From Sulfurovum sp. (GTDB lineage Bacteria; Campylobacterota; Campylobacteria; Campylobacterales; Sulfurovaceae), in the NCBI GenBank assembly GCA_002733355.1, contig NVVN01000019.1, forward strand, positions 7,088-18,053: 10,966 nt of DNA, in the 5' to 3' direction. Below the pieces are notes generated by a model. That model was not told where the DNA came from and searched no databases. It saw nothing but the letters and a program-made list of their open reading frames with translations. Below, piece after piece: positions 1-7,953 of the stretch. A program made the translations under genes and the position numbers. Within the stretch, counting starts at the first letter, position 1; each line of letters opens with the position of its first letter.

Positions 1-1380
1 CAATCCCCAAAAATCAGGAAGTGATTGAAATGCTGAAAAATTGACAAGATATTTTTCCTGTATTCGGTCTTGAAGTTTTTTGAGTTCATCTGTGTCTTCT
101 TTTCGTAAAAGAGCAATAGATTTTTTAATGATAAGGTTTACAAGTATTTCTGTGTTTGAGCGGTCTTCTAAATCTATGTATCCTAAGTCAAAGAGTGTTA
201 AAAGACTTTCCATGTGATCTAGTGCATCATGTAAATATTCTCTGGCATGTTCACGTGAAAGAGAGGTATAAAGGTCATACAGTTCTTCTATAAGAGGAGG
301 ATTTTTTTCTTTGAGTCTTAAACCTTTTTCGTGGTATTCTTGTGAAAAAAGTTCGAGTACTGGAGCAACCAACACTGAGTGGGAAGCCGCGATGTAGCGT
401 CCTGACTCTGTAAAGATGTCAGGTTCTTTTACGCCTTTACTTTTAGCTATATCTTGCATCAGGTAGACCACATCATTTGCAAATTCACTGAGTGAATAAT
501 TTCGTTCTTGTTTGCCCTCATGCTGGCTGTATTCTACTGCCAAACCCCCACCGATATTTATGGCACCCAAAGCATCTGCTCCACGTTTTTTAAGTTCGGC
601 ATAAATGTTCCCTGCTTCTCTGAGTGCTTTTTTAAGTGGGGCAATGTCAGACATTTGTGATCCGATGTGAAAATGGATCATCCAGAGTTTGTCTAAGAGG
701 TTTTGTTTTTTAAGCATTTCATAGGCTTCAAGCAGTTCAGTAGAAGTAAGACCAAATTTTGAACTGTATCCACCACTTTTTGCCCATATACCCACACCAG
801 AACTGTGCAGACGTATGCGTACACCTATTTTAGGAGAAACAGGGTTTTTTATATTTGTGTTGAATTCTTTGTTAACTTGTATGATAGTTTGTAGTTCACC
901 AAGTCCTTCTATGGTAATGGTAATATTGTGTCCCATTTTTGCAGCGATAAAACATAAAGATATCATCTCTTTGTCTTTAAAACCGTTTACTGTGACAGGT
1001 GCGCCTAGGGGTGTTTGAGTCATAGCAATAATCAGTTCTGCTTTACTTCCTGCTTCAAGCCCGTAATTAAACTTTTGTGATACATCTATGAGTGCATGTA
1101 TAAAGTTTGGGAACTGGTTTACTTTTAGAGGAAAAACAGCATTAAAACTACCAGTGTAGTTAAATTCTTTTTTTGCTTTTTCAAAAGTATTGAAAAGTGT
1201 AGAAATTTGTTTTTCTATCAAATGAGGAAAGCGTAGAAGAAGAGGTCCTTTGTATCCTTTTTCACGAATTTCTTGTGTGATTTCTAATAAAGAGGGTTTG
1301 GAAGCAAAATTGACATTAATGGTGTCATTGTGTATGATAAAATTATCATCACCCCAAATGCTCAACCCAAAATCTTTCAT
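1..1380 (-). CDS. speA: Biosynthetic arginine decarboxylase (3' end runs off the window)
   Basis: Manual translation from ATG at 1380 gives MKDFGLSIWGDDNF...GPLLLRFPHLI...FPLKVNQ (PLP lysine)...YGLEAGSKAEL...HFHIGSQ...NIGGGLAVEY...YLVNFSAFQSLPDFWGL, still in frame at base 1. AAGGG RBS upstream. Confidence 0.96.
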   Translation of the reverse strand, partial: MKDFGLSIWGDDNFIIHNDTINVNFASKPSLLEITQEIREKGYKGPLLLRFPHLIEKQISTLFNTFEKAKKEFNYTGSFNAVFPLKVNQFPNFIHALIDVSQKFNYGLEAGSKAELIIAMTQTPLGAPVTVNGFKDKEMISLCFIAAKMGHNITITIEGLGELQTIIQVNKEFNTNIKNPVSPKIGVRIRLHSSGVGIWAKSGGYSSKFGLTSTELLEAYEMLKKQNLLDKLWMIHFHIGSQMSDIAPLKKALREAGNIYAELKKRGADALGAINIGGGLAVEYSQHEGKQERNYSLSEFANDVVYLMQDIAKSKGVKEPDIFTESGRYIAASHSVLVAPVLELFSQEYHEKGLRLKEKNPPLIEELYDLYTSLSREHAREYLHDALDHMESLLTLFDLGYIDLEDRSNTEILVNLIIKKSIALLRKEDTDELKKLQDRIQEKYLVNFSAFQSLPDFWGL

Positions 1381-1411
1381 ACTTGTATACCCTTATAGTG
1401 TAATTATGAGG

Positions 1412-1420
1412 ATTATATCA
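1412..1420 (-). promoter_or_regulatory. Putative sigma70 extended -10 (TGATATAAT) for speA
   Basis: Minus strand reads TG-A-TATAAT about 30 nt upstream of the speA ATG, followed by an AAGGG RBS. Confidence 0.65.
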
Positions 1421-1440
1421 AAACTTAATCTAATCTTACC

Positions 1441-1446
1441 TATAAT
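1441..1446 (+). promoter_or_regulatory. Putative -10 box (TATAAT) for the MCE/Mla operon
   Basis: Perfect TATAAT ending 6 nt before the ATG at 1453. No Shine-Dalgarno between them. Confidence 0.55.
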
Positions 1447-1452
1447 TGTTCT

Positions 1453-2556
1453 ATGAATATAGAGTTCTTGTCTTATGCGAAACAGCAACATCATCTTGAT
1501 CTTAGTGCTAAAGGAGAGTGGACGCTGAACACTGTACTGGAGATAGAGAAAGCATTGAGGCAAGTGCCATGCGATAAAAAGATAATTTGGGATTTTTCAG
1601 GCGTGAGTGATTTTGATTCTGCTGGTATTTTACTTTTTGTAGAATATTATAAGCGATTTAAAGAAGAAGTTGATGTAGAAGTGCTAGGTTATACAAAGAA
1701 GCAAAAAGAGATGTATACTCTTTTAAATAAGAATAGACAAGAGTCGATTATACCTGCTAAAATAGGTATGCTTGAAAATTTGGGTAGAAATACTCTGGAA
1801 ATCTATGAAGACATCAAAGATTTCATCACTTTTCTTGGACACTTGTTTACTGCGATGTTTCAAGTATTTTTAAAACCCAAAAATATACGCTTTAAAGAAA
1901 TTGTATACCATATAAAACAATCAGGTTTTAATGCCTTGATCATCATAGGGCTTACAGCTTTTTTGGTGGGGATGGTAATCGCATACCAAGGTTCAGTACA
2001 GCTTGCTAAATTTGGTGCAGATATTTTCATAGTAGATACCGTAGCTATATCTATCACAAGAGAGTTGGGACCTATGATTACGGCTATTGTGATTGCTGGA
2101 CGTAGTGGTTCTGCATACACAGCTGAGATAGGGGCGATGAAAATTACTGAAGAAATCGCTGCTATGCGTACCATGGGGTTTGACCCTTATTACTTCTTGG
2201 TGCTGCCTCGAGTTTTTGCGTTGATGATAGCACTTCCTTTGCTGATATTTTTTGCTGATATTATAGGTATCTTGGGTGGTATGGTCGCAGCTAAAATGCA
2301 ACTAGGTATTTCTATGACACAGTTTACGGATAGGCTTTATGAAGTGTTAGAAGTTAAACATTATATACTTGGCATGATTAAAGGGCCAATGTTTGCATTT
2401 CTCATCGCTGCTATTGGTTGTTATAGAGGTTTCCAAGTGTCGAACAACACAGAGAGTATTGGGTTACATACCACTGCATCTGTGGTAAACTCTATATTTT
2501 TAGTCATCGCTTTTGATGCACTTTTTTCAGTTATTTTCACGGAGTTAGACTTATGA
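1453..2556 (+). CDS. mlaE: MlaE-family ABC permease with N-terminal STAS/MlaB-like domain
   Basis: C-terminal MlaE motifs RELGPMITAIVIAGRSGSAYTAEIGAMKITEEIAAMRTMGFDP, LVLPRV and TTASVV. N-terminal WDFSGVSDFDSAG matches the STAS DSxG motif. Confidence 0.92.
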   Translation: MNIEFLSYAKQQHHLDLSAKGEWTLNTVLEIEKALRQVPCDKKIIWDFSGVSDFDSAGILLFVEYYKRFKEEVDVEVLGYTKKQKEMYTLLNKNRQESIIPAKIGMLENLGRNTLEIYEDIKDFITFLGHLFTAMFQVFLKPKNIRFKEIVYHIKQSGFNALIIIGLTAFLVGMVIAYQGSVQLAKFGADIFIVDTVAISITRELGPMITAIVIAGRSGSAYTAEIGAMKITEEIAAMRTMGFDPYYFLVLPRVFALMIALPLLIFFADIIGILGGMVAAKMQLGISMTQFTDRLYEVLEVKHYILGMIKGPMFAFLIAAIGCYRGFQVSNNTESIGLHTTASVVNSIFLVIAFDALFSVIFTELDL

Positions 2557-3335
2557 ACCCCGTTATAGAAATACATGATGTGGTTACACGTTTTGGAACA
2601 AGAACCATACATAATGGAGTCAACTTACATATAAATGAAAATGAAATATACGGTATATTGGGTGAAAGTGGTTCTGGTAAATCAGTGTTGATGAAAGAGA
2701 TGATTATGCTTTTAGAACCCAGTGCGGGAGAAGTGAGTGTATTGGGTAAATCACTGACTTCCATCTCTTTTAAAGATGCACAGGCATTGCGAAGTGATTG
2801 GGGAGTTCTTTTTCAGTTTGGTGCACTGTTTTCTTCTTTGACAGTGGCAGAAAATATAGAAGTACAACTAAAAGAGTACACTGATATCTCTACTATGATG
2901 CGAGCAAACCTTGTACGTTCCAAGTTGGCACTTGTTGGGCTTGATCCTCATGTAGGTGCACTGTATCCTTCTGAGTTAAGTGGTGGTATGATAAAGCGTG
3001 CCGCGCTTGCACGTGCTTTGGCAATGGAGCCAAAGTTACTTTTTTTAGATGAACCAACTTCAGGCCTAGACCCCATAGGTGCACGTAATTTTGATGCGCT
3101 TATCGTTGAATTACGTGATCTTTTGGGAATTACGGTGGTGATGATTACACATGATTTGGACAGCATTTTCTCCATCGTTGATAGGATGGCAGTCTTGGCA
3201 GATAAACGTGTGGTTGCTGAAGGGAGTATAGAAAATGTGCTACAATCTCAGCATCCATTTGTGGAAGCGTTTTTTAAGAATGAATATACAAAAGAAAGAT
3301 TTTCGCAGAAAATGAATAAAGGTCATCATGTATAG
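2553..3335 (+). CDS. mlaF: MlaF/Mkl-family ABC ATP-binding protein
   Basis: Walker A GESGSGKS, LFQFGALFSSLTV, signature LSGGM, Walker B LLFLDEPTSGLDP, H-loop ITHDL. ATGA overlap with the mlaE stop. Confidence 0.92.
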   Translation: MNPVIEIHDVVTRFGTRTIHNGVNLHINENEIYGILGESGSGKSVLMKEMIMLLEPSAGEVSVLGKSLTSISFKDAQALRSDWGVLFQFGALFSSLTVAENIEVQLKEYTDISTMMRANLVRSKLALVGLDPHVGALYPSELSGGMIKRAALARALAMEPKLLFLDEPTSGLDPIGARNFDALIVELRDLLGITVVMITHDLDSIFSIVDRMAVLADKRVVAEGSIENVLQSQHPFVEAFFKNEYTKERFSQKMNKGHHV

Positions 3336-4239
3336 TAAAGTAAATTATACAATAGTAGGTGTTTTTGTATTGCTTTTCAGTATAGGGGTGATTTGGTTTG
3401 CTTTTTGGCTTGCAAAATATGGTTTACAGGAAGACTATTATACCTATAAGATAGAAATGAAAGACTCGATAGCAGGTTTATCTAAAGATTCAAATGTTAA
3501 ACTTCATGGAGTTGATATTGGACGTGTATCCCAGATACGTATAAATCAAAATGACATAGAAAAAATAAATATTTTTCTGAAGATAAACAAAGACGTACCC
3601 ATTAAAGAAGACATGATTGCTTCTACACAAATGCTTGGTGTAACAGGACTCTTATTTATAGAGATACATGGTGGTACAAATGATGCGAAAACCCTCTTGC
3701 CTACAAATGAGTATATACCTACTATTAAATCTAAACCATCACTTATATCTAAACTAACGGGTAGTTTGGTAGGTATAAGTAAAAAAATAGAGACCTTATT
3801 ACAACAAAGTGAAAAGTTGTTTTCAAATCATAATATAGAAACTTTGGGTCATATTTTTGATAACGGAGAAATAATATCATCAAAAGCTATTTTAACATTG
3901 GATGAGTTTAATATATCCATATCACATATGAACGAAATGTTCACACAGGCAACAATAGACTTTAAACAGATGCAAAAAGACTTTGCAAATATTAAGAAAG
4001 TAAGTATACCAACCATTAATAAATTGATGCAGACAAGTAGAAATTTTAACCGTGTCATACTTAAAGTGGAAAAAAGTTTAGATAGGGGAGATTATAATCT
4101 TAAGAAAATACTTGAACCGATGTTAATAGACATACAAATATTTTCCAATCAACTCAACAGTATGACCAAGAAACTTGAACAAAGTCCTAGTGATGTATTT
4201 TTTAAATCAAGAGAATTTAGAAAAGGACCAGGTGAATGA
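3328..4239 (+). CDS. MCE (MlaD-family) protein with N-terminal TM anchor and long C-terminal helical region
   Basis: N-terminal hydrophobic helix, then MCE motifs GLSKDSNVKLHGVDIGRV and LGVTGLLFIEI. C-terminal half looks amphipathic-helical and ends LEQSPSDVFF. AAGG RBS, 8-nt overlap with mlaF. Confidence 0.9.
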   Translation: MYSKVNYTIVGVFVLLFSIGVIWFAFWLAKYGLQEDYYTYKIEMKDSIAGLSKDSNVKLHGVDIGRVSQIRINQNDIEKINIFLKINKDVPIKEDMIASTQMLGVTGLLFIEIHGGTNDAKTLLPTNEYIPTIKSKPSLISKLTGSLVGISKKIETLLQQSEKLFSNHNIETLGHIFDNGEIISSKAILTLDEFNISISHMNEMFTQATIDFKQMQKDFANIKKVSIPTINKLMQTSRNFNRVILKVEKSLDRGDYNLKKILEPMLIDIQIFSNQLNSMTKKLEQSPSDVFFKSREFRKGPGE

Positions 4240-4817
4240 GAATAAAAATATATATACTAATCTTAGGACTATTGTCTGTTTTTTTAGGTTGTACTAAAGC
4301 ACCAGCATTAAAAGTATTTACACTTGAAGTCCCACATGTCCAAGCAAGTCCAAACAGTATTTTTTCGGGGAAAACGATTAAGGTTACTTATCCTCAAAGT
4401 CTAAGAGAAAATATGTCCCAAAAAATGAATTTTTCGTACAGTACCTATGAAAGAGGGACGTATCAGAATTCAGAGTGGTCAAATCATTTGAGTAAACTCT
4501 TACAGGTAACTATTATTGAAGTATTAGATGATTCACAACTTTTTAAAGCAGTTTTTTCAGATACCAGTTCACTTAAAGTAAACTATCGATTAGAAAGCAA
4601 TATCTTTGCCTTTGAACATAGAGTAAGAGCCAAACAGTCTCAAGCGATTATCTCAATGCAATTTACGTTAATTGATGGAGATACGGGAAAATTGCTTAAA
4701 AGTAAAAAATTTAGCTATAAAGAGCCTACACCTAGTTTGGATGCGGAAGGTTATGTCATTGCTACCAATAGAGCATTAAATCGATTGAGTCAGGATCTTC
4801 TCCTGTGGATTAAGTAA
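4236..4817 (+). CDS. ABC-transport auxiliary lipoprotein (PqiC-like)
   Basis: Lipobox FLGC (Cys19), a 'Y..SEW...LS.LLQ' segment typical of this family, and last position in an MCE operon with ATGA overlap. Confidence 0.8.
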   Translation: MRIKIYILILGLLSVFLGCTKAPALKVFTLEVPHVQASPNSIFSGKTIKVTYPQSLRENMSQKMNFSYSTYERGTYQNSEWSNHLSKLLQVTIIEVLDDSQLFKAVFSDTSSLKVNYRLESNIFAFEHRVRAKQSQAIISMQFTLIDGDTGKLLKSKKFSYKEPTPSLDAEGYVIATNRALNRLSQDLLLWIK

Positions 4818-4922
4818 AATTGATGTGATTGATTGATTTAATTTACATCTAAAGAGAAAAAAGTTTCTATATAAGGAAGAAACTAGATTAAATATATTTT
4901 TAAATCTCAGAAAGCTAGCTCT

Positions 4923-4951
4923 TTAAGTGAATTTAGTTTACTATTTATAAT
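4923..4951 (+). promoter_or_regulatory. Putative sigma70 promoter for the OMP gene
   Basis: TTAAGT (4923-4928), 17-nt spacer, TATAAT (4946-4951). AAGGA RBS at 4979-4983. Confidence 0.55.
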
Positions 4952-4988
4952 CTAGACATTCTTTTAAATACTTGTAATAAGGAAAAAA

Positions 4989-5585
4989 ATGAAAAAAACA
5001 ATCTTTGTGAGCATGATAATCATGACACAATTAATGACATATCTTTATGCTGGTGGAGATAGAGACATTGAATTACATCAACCAGAACATATAGAATTAG
5101 AACATGAAGAATCCAAATTTTACCTAGTGGTGGCTGCTTTAATGGATTTGGGTGATAGTGTTAATCATGAATTAGCTGTATTGACGGGTGATAGGGATTA
5201 TGGATTTGGTATAGACATTGGATATAGAATCGGAAATGGTTTTGCTGTTGAGTACGATTTTACATATGCGCGTAATACAGTGACCAAAATAGAAGGTTCG
5301 GTGGTAGAAGAGGCATTAGGAATATATTATACTTCTGCTTTAGATTTAGTCTATGTTTATGAGGTAGGATATGGAGTTGGTTTTTTTGGTAAAATTGGTT
5401 ATGAGTATGAGTGGGAAACAATTTCAGACTATCACATTGATACCGAAAAAGGAGGTGTTATATTTGGTGGAGGTATCGAAATAGAAATGACAGAACACTA
5501 CAAGTTCCTCGTAGAATATGAAGATTCTAGAGTTGAAAGTACACGTGGAGCTTCTGTTTTAGTAGGCTTAATGTATAATTTTTAA
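4989..5585 (+). CDS. Small outer-membrane beta-barrel protein (OmpA-like transmembrane/porin family)
   Basis: Signal peptide ending LYA|GGD, alternating strands (FGIDIGYRI, FAVEYDFTY, FFGKIGYEY, FGGGIEIEM, FLVEYE) and C-terminal BAM signal VGLMYNF. Confidence 0.82.
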   Translation: MKKTIFVSMIIMTQLMTYLYAGGDRDIELHQPEHIELEHEESKFYLVVAALMDLGDSVNHELAVLTGDRDYGFGIDIGYRIGNGFAVEYDFTYARNTVTKIEGSVVEEALGIYYTSALDLVYVYEVGYGVGFFGKIGYEYEWETISDYHIDTEKGGVIFGGGIEIEMTEHYKFLVEYEDSRVESTRGASVLVGLMYNF

Positions 5586-5606
5586 ATTATAGTCAAGATT
5601 TAAGGA

Positions 5607-6818
5607 TTAAAATACCTCACTCTTCACTGTTTTCTCTTCCTTACTTGCTAAATCTTTTACCCAAACTGTACCATTAGCTAATTCATCTTCACCTATAAGC
5701 ACAACATAACGGGCATTGACTTTATCTGCACCTTTCATGTGGCTTTTGAAACCTTTAGAGTTGTATTCTAAAGTGACTTTGGTCTCTTTACGTTTTGCTG
5801 TTGCTATAGAAAAGAGTTTTTCAATCGCATCTTCAGTCATAGCTCCGAGGTAGATACCACCACGTACTACGTCAGGCATCTTGACCAGTTCCATAATACG
5901 TTCTATACCTATGGCAAAACCTACAGCAGGAGTAGGCTTACCTTCTAAGAACTCTACAAGCTTGTCATAACGTCCACCACCGGCGATAGCTGACTGCGAG
6001 CCAATGTCATTACTAACGAATTCAAATGCCGTTTTGTTGTAGTAGTCTAGTCCACGTACGAGATTGGTGTCTACTTCGTATTTGATGCCGGACTTGTCAA
6101 GTAATACTATGAGCTTGTTAAAGTCAGTATCGCATTCATTGCAAAGATTGTTTATAAGTTTTGGTGAGTTTACTAAAAGACTCTGACATGTTTGGTTTTT
6201 ACAGTCAAGCACTCTTATGGGATTTGTGCCTATACGTCTGTTACAATCTTCACATAACTCAGACTTTATCTTCGTAAGGAAATTTACTAGGTTTTGTTTG
6301 TATGGAGGCATGCACGTAGTACACCCTAGAGAATTTATTTGAAGGTCAAAACCAATGCCTAGGGCTTCAAATATTTGGCTTATCATCGTGATGATGGTAA
6401 AGTCTTCATAGACAGAACCCTCACCAAAACTCTCACAACCAAACTGGTGGAACTCTCTAAGTCTTCCTTTTTGTGGTCTTTCGTAGCGAAACATTGGTCC
6501 ATAGTAGTAAAATTTTTGTTTTACAGGTTGTCGGTCAAGTTTTGCATGCACAAAGGCACGTACTACACCAGCTGTACCTTCTGGACGCATACAAACGTCG
6601 TTGCCCCCTTTGTCTTCAAATTGGTACATTTCCTTACCTACGATGTCTGAACTTTCACCCACAGAGCGCTTAAAAAGAGCAGTCTCTTCAAGTATTGGTG
6701 TTTCGATGTAGCTATAGCCATAACGCTTTGCTATGGTTGTAGCAGTATCAACAATGTAGATAAAACGCTCAGACTCTTCAAAAGTAAGGTCTTTCATTCC
6801 GCGTAATGGGTTTATCAT
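5607..6818 (-). CDS. hisS: Histidine--tRNA ligase
   Basis: RGMKD, MRPEGTAG, FRYERPQKGRLREFHQ, LVRGLDYY, GGGRYD and GFAIGIER motifs. AAGGA RBS at 6824-6828. Confidence 0.98.
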   Translation of the reverse strand: MINPLRGMKDLTFEESERFIYIVDTATTIAKRYGYSYIETPILEETALFKRSVGESSDIVGKEMYQFEDKGGNDVCMRPEGTAGVVRAFVHAKLDRQPVKQKFYYYGPMFRYERPQKGRLREFHQFGCESFGEGSVYEDFTIITMISQIFEALGIGFDLQINSLGCTTCMPPYKQNLVNFLTKIKSELCEDCNRRIGTNPIRVLDCKNQTCQSLLVNSPKLINNLCNECDTDFNKLIVLLDKSGIKYEVDTNLVRGLDYYNKTAFEFVSNDIGSQSAIAGGGRYDKLVEFLEGKPTPAVGFAIGIERIMELVKMPDVVRGGIYLGAMTEDAIEKLFSIATAKRKETKVTLEYNSKGFKSHMKGADKVNARYVVLIGEDELANGTVWVKDLASKEEKTVKSEVF

Positions 6819-6837
6819 GGATGTCCTTATATATAAA

Positions 6838-6861
6838 GGTGCATTAGCAAACGCACCCTAC
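6838..6861 (-). repeat. GTAG-type REP-like palindrome (single copy in window)
   Basis: Minus strand reads GTAG GGTGCGTT TGCT AATGCACC: a GTAG tetranucleotide abutting an 8-bp stem (one G-T) with a 4-nt loop, GC-rich within an AT-rich intergenic region. Confidence 0.6.
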
Positions 6862-6892
6862 GATTTTACATGTGTAATAATAAATTATGGAA

Positions 6893-7468
6893 TTATAGCT
6901 CTAAATAGCTCAATATCTTTTGATGGATATTTTCTATGCTATTAGTGGCATCAATTTCCAAATAGTCAATGTCTAGTTTTTTTAGACTCTCTTGCATTTT
7001 GTTTTGTACGGTGATGAGGTATTCTAAGCCACGTAGCTCTATGCCATCTAGTTTTTTTTCTGAAGTTCTTTGTTTCAAAGTTTCCATATTTGTAAGAAAT
7101 AACACTATTTTGTCTGGAAAATGTCCACTTAGTGCAAATTTATTTAGACGTATAAGCTCTTCAAAGTCAAAGTCACCATTGGCTAAAGCATAGCCTATGC
7201 CAGAGAGAAAACCTCTGTCTGAGATGACTACCTTGTCTTTGTTTTGTCCTATTACTTCTTGATAGTGTTCTGCACGGTCTGCTAGAAAGAGGAGAAATTC
7301 TGCACGTTTGGAAGCTAGAGAGTCAGAAAGAAGTATCTCTCTGGCTTTCATGCCAAATGTTGTGCCACCAGGTTCTCTTGTCGTGATGATGTGAGGATGC
7401 TTTTGTGCAAGTAATTCTATCTGAGTACTTTTACCACAAGTGTCTATGCCTTCGAAGAGTATGTACAT
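6893..7468 (-). CDS. tmk: Thymidylate kinase
   Basis: P-loop FEGIDTCGKSTQ, TREPGGT, LFLADRAEH, ISDR. 1-nt TAATG overlap with coaD. Confidence 0.97.
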   Translation of the reverse strand: MYILFEGIDTCGKSTQIELLAQKHPHIITTREPGGTTFGMKAREILLSDSLASKRAEFLLFLADRAEHYQEVIGQNKDKVVISDRGFLSGIGYALANGDFDFEELIRLNKFALSGHFPDKIVLFLTNMETLKQRTSEKKLDGIELRGLEYLITVQNKMQESLKKLDIDYLEIDATNSIENIHQKILSYLEL

Positions 7469-7953
7469 TATTTTCTATACTCTTTTATCATCTTTAGCAC
7501 ATTTGGGTGTAGTAAGTGGTCTACTTTTCCATCAAAGGGTAAGATAGAACGAACCACAGAAGAACTCACATAAGAGTACTCAAGACTAGGCATAAGAAAG
7601 ATGGTTTCTAGCTCTTTTTTGAGTGAAGAGTTGGCATAGCCCATTTGTATTTCATATTCGAAGTCACTCACAGCTCTTAATCCACGTATGATGACATTTG
7701 CATCTAATTTGTCTGAAAGGTCTACGAGTAGATTATCAAACCCTATGATTTTTATATTAGGTAAGTCTTTTGTGGCAGCTTCAAGCATCTCTATGCGCTG
7801 TTCGGGTGTAAACATAGGGTTTTTAGAAGCACTTATCGCTACAGCAACCACTACTTTATCAAACATTTTACAGGCACGCTTCATAATGTCTAAATGTCCA
7901 ACCGTCACAGGGTCAAAAGTACCAGGATATATGGCACGTCTAATATTACTCAT
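7468..7953 (-). CDS. coaD: Pantetheine-phosphate adenylyltransferase
   Basis: YPGTFDPVTVGH, RGLRAVSDFEYE, SSSVVR. Start moved from 7968 to ATG 7953 (MSNIRRA), which has a GGAG RBS and ATGA coupling to the ubiX stop. Confidence 0.96.
   Translation of the reverse strand: MSNIRRAIYPGTFDPVTVGHLDIMKRACKMFDKVVVAVAISASKNPMFTPEQRIEMLEAATKDLPNIKIIGFDNLLVDLSDKLDANVIIRGLRAVSDFEYEIQMGYANSSLKKELETIFLMPSLEYSYVSSSVVRSILPFDGKVDHLLHPNVLKMIKEYRK

Noticed and set aside
815..1456. Plus-strand ORFs 815-1018 and 1250-1456
   Set aside because: Antisense shadows of speA with no recognisable motifs.
1860..4058. Minus-strand short ORFs inside mlaE, mlaF and the MCE gene
   Set aside because: They lie wholly antisense to well-supported genes and show no independent coding signal.
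4863..4883. GTTTC...GAAAC resembling CRISPR repeat ends
   Set aside because: Single 21-nt occurrence with no repeat-spacer periodicity and no cas genes.
5574..5591. TATAATTT-TT-AAATTATA inverted repeat at the OMP/hisS convergence as a bidirectional terminator
   Set aside because: AT-only stem with a 2-nt loop, too weak to call.
7052..7059. T8 homopolymer in tmk as a phase-variation tract
   Set aside because: In frame in an essential gene, and short A/T runs are expected at this composition. Phase variation in this group typically uses poly-G/C.
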